57,341 bases of DNA from a virus (taxonomy: Duplodnaviria; Caudoviricetes). Of this stretch, positions 27,756 through 37,278 are shown piece by piece. The stretch is taken from IMG/VR virus record IMGVR_UViG_3300022745_000040, positions 1-57,341 of that record. One strand, written 5' to 3'. The translations under genes were made by a program, and so were the position numbers. The notes under the pieces were generated by a model, which saw only the letters and a list, made by a program, of their open reading frames with translations, searched no databases and had not been told where the DNA came from. Position 1 is the first letter of the stretch, and every line of letters begins with the position of its first letter.

Positions 27756-28951
27756 TGGCAGATATTAAGGCAAAAGCTTTACAGATTTTAGAAAAAATGC
27801 TGCCAACTAAAGGCGTGTCTTTAGCGGAGCGCGAAGCTGCGCAGGCTGCTTTACGTGAAAATCCTGAAAAATATTCTGAGTACTTGAAACAGTTGGATAG
27901 CGCTTATGGTAAACCAGACGTAAGAAGTAAACTCACAGGACACACTGACTCTGTTTATCACGGCACCGACCAAAATATAAACGTATTTAAGCCTTCAAAA
28001 GATGGCCGTTACGGAAAAGGTATATACACTGCAAATTTTACAGACCTTCCAAATGCGTATGCGGGGGAAGGTGTTAATGGAAATGTCATGCCTTTAAAAA
28101 TTAATCCGGGGAACACATTATTGGCAAATAACCCTGCCTCAACTGCAGTTATGGAAAACATAAAAAACAAAAATCCGGATTTGTATAAAAAAATGAAAAA
28201 TAACGGTGATTTTGTAAATAATGCTACTATGGAAAGGGTTTTTAGAAGGGAAGTTGGTCCAGATGCTTCTCAAAAATTGCTAAAAGATAGCGGTTATAAT
28301 TCTATTTCCGATAAATTTGGGGAAGCTGTAGTATTTGAACCAAAACAAGTTCGTTCTACAAATGCTGCTTTTGACCCTCGCATGACAGATTCGAGTCATA
28401 TTTTGGCTGGAGTGGCTGCTGTTCCGTTGGCTGACGAATCTGTTTTTGATAAGCTTAAATCGACCGCTAAAGATTTATACAGCAAATATAATTCAATGTT
28501 GCAAAATGCCGACAAAGCAAAAGAAAGCTGGCAAAACGAGCGTTTAAATACTATTTACAAGTTATCCGGGCAGCAGCCTTCTGCAGCAGAGCGCCAAAAA
28601 GCGCTTGAGGATTTAAAATTTAAGGACGAAATGTCTGAAGGCGCCGGAAACTCTATGGCTTCTATTTCTGATTCGGGTAAAAAGGCAGCCTCAATTGCTG
28701 AAAAAATGGCTGCTAAATTTGAAAACTCTAAGTCCACTGCAGAAAAATTGCAAAATTTGCCTTATAAAAAAGACTGGGAAAATATGGGCAATATTGTAAG
28801 GGCTGCAGACAATGCGCCTGGTGCCGGGGCTGTGAAAGTCGTTGAGGACGTTGCACCAAAAACAGGCACGGTTTATAAGTCTGTGGCTGAAAAAATTGCT
28901 GCTGAGAAAATGGCTGCAGACAAATTAAAAGGTACAAAATATTTAAAATAA
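27755..28951 (+). CDS. ADP-ribosyltransferase-like protein (polyvalent-protein ART type)
   Basis: VYHGT....F......G.GIY...AY...GNVMPL...GY.SI....EAVVF...QVRS..AAFD. Confidence 0.62.
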   Translation: MADIKAKALQILEKMLPTKGVSLAEREAAQAALRENPEKYSEYLKQLDSAYGKPDVRSKLTGHTDSVYHGTDQNINVFKPSKDGRYGKGIYTANFTDLPNAYAGEGVNGNVMPLKINPGNTLLANNPASTAVMENIKNKNPDLYKKMKNNGDFVNNATMERVFRREVGPDASQKLLKDSGYNSISDKFGEAVVFEPKQVRSTNAAFDPRMTDSSHILAGVAAVPLADESVFDKLKSTAKDLYSKYNSMLQNADKAKESWQNERLNTIYKLSGQQPSAAERQKALEDLKFKDEMSEGAGNSMASISDSGKKAASIAEKMAAKFENSKSTAEKLQNLPYKKDWENMGNIVRAADNAPGAGAVKVVEDVAPKTGTVYKSVAEKIAAEKMAADKLKGTKYLK

Positions 28952-28970
28952 CGAACGCTGCGGCTACTGT

Positions 28971-29444
28971 ATGCGCAAGACGTTTGTAATTCCTTTGCCA
29001 ACAGTGTCTATCAATAGCTTTTACTATGCCAATAAAAGACACGGCATAAGAGCTGAAGCCCGAGAGTGGCAACACAAATTTTTTCACTACCTATCACAAG
29101 ACCACAATGCTACTAAGCTTGAAGAATTGCGCAATGCCTTTAACGAGACAAAGCACGGGTATACTGTAGACTTTATATTCGGCGTTCCAGAGGCTAAACT
29201 TGTTAATAAAGCTGGTAGCCTTAGCAGCCGCGCTATTGATTTAAGTAATTGTGAAAAGTCTATTATTGATGTGCTATTTTTGCCTAAGCATTTTGATGAA
29301 AAGCCGCCTTATGGCTGCCGCAATTTGAACATTGATGACAAATTTTTGTTGGGCTTAAGTAGCAAGAAAATAATTGCGGAAGATGAAGGCATGATTATTA
29401 CAGTGTCTATTGTAGACCGTGATGAATTTTTAAAAACGTTTTAA
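28971..29444 (+). CDS. RusA-like Holliday junction resolvase
   Basis: P...S.N.YY start, DLSNCEK.IID.L and IDD motifs. Confidence 0.65.
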   Translation: MRKTFVIPLPTVSINSFYYANKRHGIRAEAREWQHKFFHYLSQDHNATKLEELRNAFNETKHGYTVDFIFGVPEAKLVNKAGSLSSRAIDLSNCEKSIIDVLFLPKHFDEKPPYGCRNLNIDDKFLLGLSSKKIIAEDEGMIITVSIVDRDEFLKTF

Positions 29445-31927
29445 AACTCATCGTCCTGGGAATAAAAGTCCGCTATACCATACACAGCGTTCAAATCCTC
29501 GTCTTCAACGCCCCACTCTAAGTCGTGGCCTTGTTGTCGCAGTTCTAGTTCTTCTGCTTCTTTTTCTTCCATTTTTTGCATATAAACATCAGTGTTCTTA
29601 GCAGGCTCAACTTTGGTAGACTTTGGAATATAGTGCTTGCTTTCGCGCCACGCATACAGGACCGCGTCGTTAATATCGCTGTGATATGTGTCAGATACGA
29701 CTAGCTTGCCTGGCTCGCTGCGGTCCCACTGCACTAGGTAACAGTCTTCCTCGAAACGCGAGTTTGGCAGCGCTTTCAGTCGCCCGGTGCGCAAATCATC
29801 GTTCATAAGCTCGATAAACTCAAATTTTCGATGTTTGTCAGCCGCTTCTACGGGAATAGCGTGACGCTGCCTTATTTCTTCTTGAATTTTTTTGCCAAGC
29901 GCGCCCGCGTCCATGACCATCTTGACGGGTTTATACTTGGCATCCAGGCGTTCAATTTCTTTTACAAGGTCTGTAATAGTCTGCTTATCTTTAATAAATT
30001 CTTCAACTAAATAAACAGTATCGTGTTTGTAGTCAAAGCCCACGACCGCTATAGCGTCCGAATCTTCATAACCTATGTCTATGCCAAAAATGTATGTCAA
30101 ATTGGGCGGCAAGGTTGTTGTAATATTTCGGTCTTTATTAAATTTAAAAACTAGCGCATTAGAATCTTCTACCCAGCGGCCATAAGTCTCTCGGATGTAG
30201 CCCGGGTCGTTTTCGTCGATGCCTTTCATTAGCCGTTCTTCCGCCAAAGTTATATGTAAATCGCGGTCTGGTGGATTGTGCATGTGCGGATTATCGAACG
30301 CGGTCCAAGCGTGGTGCGCCATGTTAGGGCTTTGGCTGTATTCATAAAATGGGCCGGCAGGAATAGGCCCCGGCGTTCCAGTTATAATTAAAGACCCACG
30401 TAAGTCTCGCAACGCTGGGAGTAAAATGTCGTTTATTAAGTACTTTACATATGGACGAAAAGATTGCATTTCGTCGATATATACTTTTTTAAGTTTTAAT
30501 CCTCGAAATTTTTCTATTTCTGTTTCATCTTTTGCTCCGCTTAGCCTTACTTCAGACCCATTAGGAAAACGAATTTCAAGACGTTGGTCGTCCACTTTGC
30601 ATTTTATATTATATTCTCTGATTAATCTCTTTAAATCTGGCCACAAGATACTGCGGGCGCCTTTAAATGTTAAAGTAATGTATAAGCAAATTACATTAGG
30701 TTCTTTAGTGCATGTGTCTAAAACATCTGCAGCTATTCCTATGGTTTTTCCTGAGTTGTGGGTTACAATTCCGTTTGCCAGTAAATAAAGATTAGTATTT
30801 GACCGTACGCTTATATCGTATGTTTTTACTACCTCTAACTTTCCTTTAATAACACCTACGCGGTCCGGTCTGTAATTATTTTCCAGTTTGCATTCATATT
30901 GAGGTTTCCACTTTTTCTGCGGACTGACTAAGTAAGGGTCTAGTTCTTTTAGTGCTTTTTTGCAAAAATAGTTATTTTTTACATTTAAATTATATACTGG
31001 GCCATTTTTGTATTTATTTCTGGAATCTGTGAGTATTGTTGGTAAGTAGCCCCATAAATCTAAAAATAGCATTTGTGCTGCTTTTATTACAGACAGTGCC
31101 TGCATGGATATTCTAAGTTGAAGCCCATCGGTGGCATTTGATATACTTCCATCAGTATCTAACAAGCCGGCAAAAAACTGAAGTCTTGACTCTCTGTTCC
31201 ACGAAAGAATTTTGTCTAAGTCTGCAATTTTTTGGTGAGCCTTGCGGTCTTTGCACCACAAATCATATTCATTAGGGCGCTTATTTGTATGAATTGCCCA
31301 AGTATATGTGTGTTGTGATTTTTTGTATTTATCCGTTTCAAGTTGTTCTGCAACTTTTTTCGGAATTTTATCGTCATTAGAAGAAATGTATATTCTATTT
31401 GTGGACCCGTGAGTAGAACATCCATCGCCTAGTAATGCTGCCAATGCGTAAGCAGAGCTGTTATGTATACCATGTTCTCTAAATATTTCTACTCGTACTA
31501 ATTTATCTCGGGAATTAAAATCTTTTATCGCTTTTTGCTCTTTTTTATTTTTATAAGAGTTTTCAACTAAAAACACATGGTCTTCGGTGGCTGTTATATA
31601 CTCTCTTTTGTTGTGTATTAAAGTCCTTGCTTCTCTAATTCCATTGTCATACGTAGCTATAACTTCTACGGGTTTTCCGTTTTCATCGTAGACGTATTCT
31701 CCTGCTCTAATTTCTTCTATTTTTTTAGGTCCTTTTGTTGTATATACTAACGTGCCTTTTGCTAAACAACGTCTTGAACATACGGCTGTTTTAAACCTTG
31801 TTGGATTTTTTATGAAATTTAGCTGTTCTGGAAAGCAGAACTCTTCAAGCACAAAAGCAGGGCCGGCGTTTTCACGCTCCTTAACCCGCTTTTGCAACTC
31901 TCGAAGAATCCGACGCTTGTCAGCCAT
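29441..31927 (-). CDS. terL: Terminase large subunit containing an intein
   Basis: Walker A CSRR|SGKT split by the intein, Walker B VYIDE, coupling motif TGTP, nuclease GIDIG..D and HSD..DA. Confidence 0.93.
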   Translation of the reverse strand: MADKRRILRELQKRVKERENAGPAFVLEEFCFPEQLNFIKNPTRFKTAVCSRRCLAKGTLVYTTKGPKKIEEIRAGEYVYDENGKPVEVIATYDNGIREARTLIHNKREYITATEDHVFLVENSYKNKKEQKAIKDFNSRDKLVRVEIFREHGIHNSSAYALAALLGDGCSTHGSTNRIYISSNDDKIPKKVAEQLETDKYKKSQHTYTWAIHTNKRPNEYDLWCKDRKAHQKIADLDKILSWNRESRLQFFAGLLDTDGSISNATDGLQLRISMQALSVIKAAQMLFLDLWGYLPTILTDSRNKYKNGPVYNLNVKNNYFCKKALKELDPYLVSPQKKWKPQYECKLENNYRPDRVGVIKGKLEVVKTYDISVRSNTNLYLLANGIVTHNSGKTIGIAADVLDTCTKEPNVICLYITLTFKGARSILWPDLKRLIREYNIKCKVDDQRLEIRFPNGSEVRLSGAKDETEIEKFRGLKLKKVYIDEMQSFRPYVKYLINDILLPALRDLRGSLIITGTPGPIPAGPFYEYSQSPNMAHHAWTAFDNPHMHNPPDRDLHITLAEERLMKGIDENDPGYIRETYGRWVEDSNALVFKFNKDRNITTTLPPNLTYIFGIDIGYEDSDAIAVVGFDYKHDTVYLVEEFIKDKQTITDLVKEIERLDAKYKPVKMVMDAGALGKKIQEEIRQRHAIPVEAADKHRKFEFIELMNDDLRTGRLKALPNSRFEEDCYLVQWDRSEPGKLVVSDTYHSDINDAVLYAWRESKHYIPKSTKVEPAKNTDVYMQKMEEKEAEELELRQQGHDLEWGVEDEDLNAVYGIADFYSQDDEF
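30755..31768 (-). mobile_element. Intein (338 aa) with LAGLIDADG homing endonuclease
   Basis: Begins CLAKGT, contains TEDH block B, ends LYLLANGIVTHN before Ser; motifs LAALLGDG and FAGLLDTDG; AT-richer than flanks. Confidence 0.93.
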
Positions 31928-32178
31928 TATTTAGCCTTTTTAAGACTCGCAACTTTTACCATTTTTAAAAAAGCCACGTTATTGAAAGGCACGATTATCT
32001 CTTCGCCAGACTTTTCGTTGCTTACTCTAACTCCGATACCGTCAGCAACTTCTGCTGTATTGCCGCGCTTAAGCGTTGCATCACTGAACGCGGAATCTAG
32101 GCTGATAAAGCGGATTACGGACCCGCCAAATTTAACGCCTTGGTAAAAATGAACTTCTGAAATTTGTTTACTTTCCAT
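31927..32178 (-). CDS. Hypothetical protein
   Basis: MESKQ start after AGGAG; stop codon abuts the terL start. Confidence 0.65.
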   Translation of the reverse strand: MESKQISEVHFYQGVKFGGSVIRFISLDSAFSDATLKRGNTAEVADGIGVRVSNEKSGEEIIVPFNNVAFLKMVKVASLKKAK

Positions 32179-32956
32179 TTGATGCTCCTTGTTTTGAAGA
32201 GTTTGAAATTTTCTTAACAATGCTCATTGCTTCTTTCAGGTTTTTGGCATCTTCGTCAGTGTCTGGAGTACCGCTTTTGATTAGCGGGCACTTAGAAACT
32301 TTAAACTTGATTGAAAAAATGCCTAAGTTCATAGTCATAGTTTCTGAAACTTTTAGCAAGTCCCGACTGCATTTTAGTGCTACAATTTTGTCAGCCGCTT
32401 TCTGCTCGATAGAATTTTCAGCCTGAATCCACATTTCATTTTGGATTTTAGCTTTGTACTCTTCAAGCTTTAGGCCCAAGCGCTTTGCATTGCGGCGCTC
32501 CAAACGCAAAACTTCCTGTTTAGCCATTGTCAATCGCGTTTCTAGCTCGCCCGTTTCAAACTGACCTTGAAACCCGCCTCTAGCCCTATGAAACATGAGC
32601 ATGCCCGATTCGATAATGTATCTGCGGCCTGGCAAAGCTTCGACAATTGCGGACGCCATTGACGCTGCAAAAATTGTAACTGTGTTCAAATTCTGCACGG
32701 TTTTAAGCGCTTCAATCAACGACTCGCCTGCAGAAATATCGCCGCCTGGGCTGTCCAGGACTAGATAAATGGGCGTTGTAAACGTGCGTTTTGAGTCTAA
32801 CAGCAAAACTTCTGTAACTGCCTTATCTACGCTTTCTTGCGTGATTTCGCCTCGCAAAGTAACGCTGTTGCTTGGCGTTAATGTAATTGCTGGCATTTCT
32901 GCGGCAGTTGCAGCCAGGCTAATTGCTAGTAGCAGGATTGGTAAAATAATTTTCAC
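32168..32956 (-). CDS. ClpP/S49-like serine protease with signal peptide
   Basis: LVLDSPGG, AASMAS, MFH; N-terminus MKIILPILLLAISLAATA. Confidence 0.8.
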   Translation of the reverse strand: MKIILPILLLAISLAATAAEMPAITLTPSNSVTLRGEITQESVDKAVTEVLLLDSKRTFTTPIYLVLDSPGGDISAGESLIEALKTVQNLNTVTIFAASMASAIVEALPGRRYIIESGMLMFHRARGGFQGQFETGELETRLTMAKQEVLRLERRNAKRLGLKLEEYKAKIQNEMWIQAENSIEQKAADKIVALKCSRDLLKVSETMTMNLGIFSIKFKVSKCPLIKSGTPDTDEDAKNLKEAMSIVKKISNSSKQGASNGK

Positions 32957-33147
32957 GTGTTTGTCCCTTCGTTTTGTGTTTGTTGTGACTTGCTTATTTC
33001 TTTTTTTAAATCTTCGACCATTTTTAACAGAATAATGTTTTGGGCTTTTTGGTCCTCTGCATAGTTGCTAATTTTGACAACCATTTCTACTAATTGGTTT
33101 TTGGTCTGTCTTCTAATCTCTTTTAACGCGGTTTTGCTAAAGCTCAT
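32953..33147 (-). CDS. Hypothetical protein
   Basis: 64 aa with AAGGAG RBS. Confidence 0.6.
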   Translation of the reverse strand: MSFSKTALKEIRRQTKNQLVEMVVKISNYAEDQKAQNIILLKMVEDLKKEISKSQQTQNEGTNT

Positions 33148-33156
33148 TTTTGCTCC

Positions 33157-33729
33157 TTAAAAAATTTCGTCAATTATTCCTAAACGTTTACATTCCTCTG
33201 CATCTAAATACCAGTCTCGGCCTAGTTTGCCTTTTTCGGCCCACACATCGGCACTAGTCCCGGTAAACTTTTCCATGTTTGCGCACCACATGCGCTCTTC
33301 GCGCTCTATTTGCGTGACTAAGTGCTTTACCTGGCTGTGTGTGCCTTCCGCATCGTAAGCCGCTTCATGGTGCATGACCATTGCAATGTTAGACATGCGG
33401 CGTTTTTTGCCGGCTGCCAAAATCATAGTTGCAGCGCTCATGCAAGCTCCGTATGCTTCGGTAATAATTTGGCACTTTGAGCTTCTAATGCGCGATACTA
33501 TGGCAAGAGCATCGTACACGGACCCGCCAGTGCTGTTAATTTTAATAGTAATTGCAGCTTTGGACTTAGCCTCAAGCAAAGTAAGCCCGGTTTCCAGCAT
33601 ACAAAACATACCTAAATCAATTTCACCCACAAGCTGGATTGTGCGAGATTGCATGTCAATGCCGTGTTTAAGGGCAATGTCCACTTCCATTTCGTAAATC
33701 TGCAGCGCTATGTCAACGTTTTGTGCCAC
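33157..33729 (-). CDS. clpP: ClpP-like protease
   Basis: INSTGGSV.D.LAI, GACMSAAT.ILAAG, MHH, RDWYL...LGIID. Confidence 0.85.
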   Translation of the reverse strand: MAQNVDIALQIYEMEVDIALKHGIDMQSRTIQLVGEIDLGMFCMLETGLTLLEAKSKAAITIKINSTGGSVYDALAIVSRIRSSKCQIITEAYGACMSAATMILAAGKKRRMSNIAMVMHHEAAYDAEGTHSQVKHLVTQIEREERMWCANMEKFTGTSADVWAEKGKLGRDWYLDAEECKRLGIIDEIF

Positions 33730-33737
33730 AATTGCTC

Positions 33738-34178
33738 CTATTTGTTGATAAGTACGTATGGGTGATAGATTAGGTTGTATTTCAGTGATAAGCGGTTGAA
33801 AATTTCGGTGCTATGGGTATGGATGCCGGCTGTGTTAAAATCGTGGTTTGTGTTTTTTAAAATTTGTCTAAGAACGCCGAGACCACGAAACGTGTGTTTT
33901 GTGTATGCGTAGTGTAGTGCAAAAACGCTGTCAATTTGACCGTAGCATGCGTAGCCTAGAATGTCTCTGTCGTCTTCCAAGCTTACTGCGACTTTGCATT
34001 CGCTTTCTTTAAGCAGGCGTTCGATAACTTTGTGGTGTTCAGTAAAGTAAATAGTATTATCCACGCCTCGGCACAAATTACCTTGTCTGAAGGACCGTAG
34101 CCAGCTGTTAAAAATAAACGGTGCATCGGCCTCGTTTGCGTCTCTAATAACTATTGGAATATTCCTATTAATCGACAT
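33738..34178 (-). CDS. GNAT-like protein
   Basis: IR.A...D..FI, ILGY and LHYAYTKHTFRGLG motifs. Confidence 0.6.
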   Translation of the reverse strand: MSINRNIPIVIRDANEADAPFIFNSWLRSFRQGNLCRGVDNTIYFTEHHKVIERLLKESECKVAVSLEDDRDILGYACYGQIDSVFALHYAYTKHTFRGLGVLRQILKNTNHDFNTAGIHTHSTEIFNRLSLKYNLIYHPYVLINK

Positions 34179-34416
34179 CTTCGTCTTCCTCATCCATGAA
34201 AGCGTCTAGTTCAATTTGTTCTAGTTCTTTAGACTCGTCCCATTCAAAATCTATTTTCACTATTAAGTCTACATTTTTATAAGACTTTTGTCCAACAGAA
34301 TCTGCTAATTCTGAGTAAGGTATGCGAATTTTTGTGCTTTTAAGCTTACCGGATACGGTAGCTTTTGTAATTAGATATTCCAGTACTCTGTGTACTGAAA
34401 GTAAGCTTTCGTTCAT
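34168..34416 (-). CDS. Hypothetical protein with acidic tail
   Basis: 82 aa, packed in the operon. Confidence 0.6.
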   Translation of the reverse strand: MNESLLSVHRVLEYLITKATVSGKLKSTKIRIPYSELADSVGQKSYKNVDLIVKIDFEWDESKELEQIELDAFMDEEDEDVD

Positions 34417-34448
34417 AGCCTTGCCTTTGCCGAAGTTAAATTGCTGTT

Positions 34449-34470
34449 GCTATTAAGGCGTATCCGTTTG
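34449..34470 (-). promoter_or_regulatory. Putative phage late-promoter motif
   Basis: CAAACG-N10-AATAGC on the - strand, both boxes identical to the 2822 copy, upstream of the operon ending in terL. Confidence 0.6.
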
Positions 34471-34803
34471 TTTGATTTTTGTCAACTTGGCCTGAGCCAG
34501 TTCTATAAGTTCTTGGTCAGTAAGGCCAGCCAAATCTCCTAGCTTGTCGGACTTTTCACGCTCGCGCTCTTCTTTGCTTAAATTAACTAGCGAAGATATG
34601 TAGCCCTGCAAAACTTTAGCATCTTTTTCATCAAATGACGAAACGCGTGATTTTATTGAAAGCCTGTCAAGCTGCTCAGACAGCGTTCTTAGCGCGTTGT
34701 CCAGCATTGTAGAAATATCAGACACCCGAGACACCTGGGTCACCGCGTGTTTTGCTGCTTGGCCTTTTACAATTATTCTGCGTTTTTCGTCACTCATTTT
34801 CAT
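34453..34803 (-). CDS. Possible terminase small subunit
   Basis: Helical protein with C-terminal DL..LTD.EL motif, upstream of terL. Confidence 0.4.
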   Translation of the reverse strand: MKMSDEKRRIIVKGQAAKHAVTQVSRVSDISTMLDNALRTLSEQLDRLSIKSRVSSFDEKDAKVLQGYISSLVNLSKEEREREKSDKLGDLAGLTDQELIELAQAKLTKIKQTDTP

Positions 34804-35038
34804 CCTCGACAATTTCGTACTTAGTTGCATTGCCGTATTGGTCAATATAGTATACAACGTTTTTAGGCACTGCGGAAGACAATTTTAGCTCCGGCCTAAC
34901 TTCTTCAATTTGCTTTAAAATCGCTTCTTGCATTTCTTTGGCCCTTGCATACGAACAGATAAAGCAGTTTCGCGGGCTGTAAATCCTGCTGGCGACTCTC
35001 GCTGAAACTGGTATGTTAAAAAGCGAGCCTTTCTTCAC
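34790..35038 (-). CDS. Hypothetical protein
   Basis: 82 aa, overlapping neighbours in operon fashion. Confidence 0.55.
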   Translation of the reverse strand: MKKGSLFNIPVSARVASRIYSPRNCFICSYARAKEMQEAILKQIEEVRPELKLSSAVPKNVVYYIDQYGNATKYEIVEDENE

Positions 35039-35241
35039 AATACACCGATGAATTTTAATTTGTTTTTATCACAAAGTTCTACAAGTCTGGTTCCGCCAAG
35101 AAAGCCATAAGAAATGCAACCGGTTTCGTCATACACCCATGTTTCGTAGGAGCCAAAACTAGGCGAGTACACAATGTGGTAAATCTGATTAAGCTGCTCG
35201 TCGTAGTAGGCCATTTCTGGCTTTTGATTTGGTAGTTCCAT
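35035..35241 (-). CDS. Hypothetical protein
   Basis: 68 aa. Confidence 0.55.
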   Translation of the reverse strand: MELPNQKPEMAYYDEQLNQIYHIVYSPSFGSYETWVYDETGCISYGFLGGTRLVELCDKNKLKFIGVL

Positions 35242-35355
35242 TACTTTTTGCTTCCTAGTTTAATAGCGCTGTCGTTTTGTGATTTTACCAAAAGCAGTTT
35301 TAAGTCTCTAAGTTGATTGTGCCTTGAGCCGCAAGCCTTGCCTGCAAACGCAGCG

Positions 35356-35628
35356 TTAGAAACTAAAAGAATAATTAATACCTTGCCCATTTTTACTAAC
35401 CTCCCAATTTAGACCTTTGTACAAGTGTACGGTGCTTTTATAACCAGCGCTCCAAGCCAGAGTCGGAGTTGCAATTTTAATGAACATGTCGGGAAGGTTT
35501 TGTCTAATGGTGTTTTCTCCGACCTGAAGCGCTGTTTGTAGTTCTTTATGTGTTTTATAATACTGGGAATACGTTTCAGTACAGCCAGCACCTTGTAAAC
35601 ATGCAAGCGCTACCAAAATTTCTTCCAT
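35356..35628 (-). CDS. Hypothetical protein
   Basis: 90 aa, AGGAG RBS, ends YSFSF. Confidence 0.6.
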   Translation of the reverse strand: MEEILVALACLQGAGCTETYSQYYKTHKELQTALQVGENTIRQNLPDMFIKIATPTLAWSAGYKSTVHLYKGLNWEVSKNGQGINYSFSF

Positions 35629-35630
35629 GG

Positions 35631-35861
35631 CTACTCCTTTTTCATGTCACATGATTTGCAGTATGTGTAAGACTCCAGCAGCCCTACATATTCTGTCCAA
35701 TCATGGTTGCAGGCCGTTTCCGTGGCCTTGTTTGCTGCCGTTCGTGGTAGGTCCGCTCCGTGGTAGGACTCGTTGTCGTAGCCTGGCAACAGACCGTCAT
35801 AGTCATAGAAACCAGTATAATCTGCTTCGTAAATATCGTTAATGGGTTTGTTCTGATTCAT
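35631..35861 (-). CDS. Small zinc-ribbon protein
   Basis: CNHDW...YCKSC; start placed at MNQNK. Confidence 0.55.
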   Translation of the reverse strand: MNQNKPINDIYEADYTGFYDYDGLLPGYDNESYHGADLPRTAANKATETACNHDWTEYVGLLESYTYCKSCDMKKE

Positions 35862-36060
35862 CTGGAGTCTCCGTGAAAGTTCTGTAAGTTTTTTCGTAGT
35901 GGACGTCAAAATCGAACTCGGCGTCTGCCAAAGAACGCTTGACTTCTAACTTTGTCAAAAAGTCTTGCAGCTCTTGCGCTGAATTTACGATTCTGGACGC
36001 TGACCCTGCTAGCTGGTCATTGATATACTTTTCTACGTTTACTTTCATTGCATGGTTCAT
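35839..36060 (-). CDS. Hypothetical protein
   Basis: 73 aa with AAGGAG RBS. Confidence 0.6.
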   Translation of the reverse strand: MNHAMKVNVEKYINDQLAGSASRIVNSAQELQDFLTKLEVKRSLADAEFDFDVHYEKTYRTFTETPDESEQTH

Positions 36061-36073
36061 TTTCGCTCCTTTG

Positions 36074-36838
36074 TTAAATTGCTTTTAAAACTGCTACCAT
36101 TAATTCACCGAGCGGTCTAATACCGTTGCGGCTTATATCTTCACTATAGTATCTTCTAAGCCCAATTGTCAAGTCTTCTTGTTTCTTTTCTAACAATTCT
36201 GCGGCTTTTCTGGCGCTGTTACTGGGCTGCAACTTTAGTGCCACGGCCAGGTGCAACAAGACTTGTCCTTCTCTGATACGGTCAGCATTACAACGCTTGA
36301 CTTCCCACAAAAGTAGTGCATCTAGCAGCGGTAGGGTCCAGTATAGCCACGTTACGGACAAACCTCTAACAATAGAAGCCAGTTCTTGCGGCGAAGGCAG
36401 GTCTGGCAGCTTTAACTTAACTTTGCCTGGTTGGCCTTCAACTTGGTCATGCGTCGAGAAGTGCAGCATGCAGCGCTTTAGTCTACGCTTTACGTGCGCT
36501 GCCAGCGTTCTGTCTGTACCCAGCAGAGCCATGGCTGCAATCATCGGCGACATTTGGTCCCTAGTAACATTGTCTGGGTCATTGTACCACTTGCTGCTAT
36601 CTGGGTTTCGCCTAAACCGGCCAAAGGGTAATAGCGCGGTTAATCGGGCTAGTGAAATGTGAAAGCCGTCATAAGGCGGGCGGTTTAAATCGTCTTGCGG
36701 CGCGCCTAAAATTTCTAACGCTGCGTAGTAGTGTGCTAGCCGATTGCAGCTGTCGCCGCCGTCGCCATTGGCTTGCACAATAACGCCGTGTTGGTCTCTG
36801 TACTTTGCCATTTGCTGTATTAGTTCTGCAACGCTCAT
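36074..36838 (-). CDS. Hypothetical helical enzyme-like protein
   Basis: 254 aa with DGGDS, RR.P and RDQ motifs; family not recognised. Confidence 0.7.
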   Translation of the reverse strand: MSVAELIQQMAKYRDQHGVIVQANGDGGDSCNRLAHYYAALEILGAPQDDLNRPPYDGFHISLARLTALLPFGRFRRNPDSSKWYNDPDNVTRDQMSPMIAAMALLGTDRTLAAHVKRRLKRCMLHFSTHDQVEGQPGKVKLKLPDLPSPQELASIVRGLSVTWLYWTLPLLDALLLWEVKRCNADRIREGQVLLHLAVALKLQPSNSARKAAELLEKKQEDLTIGLRRYYSEDISRNGIRPLGELMVAVLKAI

Positions 36839-37001
36839 AGTTCACCCACTGCAAAAAGTTCGTAGCAGTTCATTGTAGATTCTTCTCCAGAGGGTGAAGT
36901 AATGGTCAGTACAACCTCAGCTGGCAATTCTTTTTTAGGAATTTTAGGCCCTTTCAATACTACTAGCTCATCGGTTTCTGGCATGTAAACAACATAGTCA
37001 A

Positions 37002-37175
37002 TCATTTTTTACCTCCACAACGTTTAAAAAAATCTTCTTTGCTCATTATTCCGCTACTGGTCACTGCGCAGTTTACATACGCTTCATGACACGCTCTTAT
37101 AGTGTCAAAAGTATTTGTAGTCGTAAGCTGGCCGCACAACGCGGTTATTAAATAGATTAAGGCTGCTTGGCTCAT
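37002..37175 (-). CDS. Small Cys-rich, possibly exported protein
   Basis: Hydrophobic N-terminus and four Cys. Confidence 0.45.
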   Translation of the reverse strand: MSQAALIYLITALCGQLTTTNTFDTIRACHEAYVNCAVTSSGIMSKEDFFKRCGGKK

Positions 37176-37278
37176 TTGCGGTCCAATATTGCTTCTACGA
37201 TTATGTAGGTAAATAGCGCTGCCCAGCATAGCATTGTGACCATAGTATCGTAGTAGTCTGTTATAATCGCTTGTTCCA

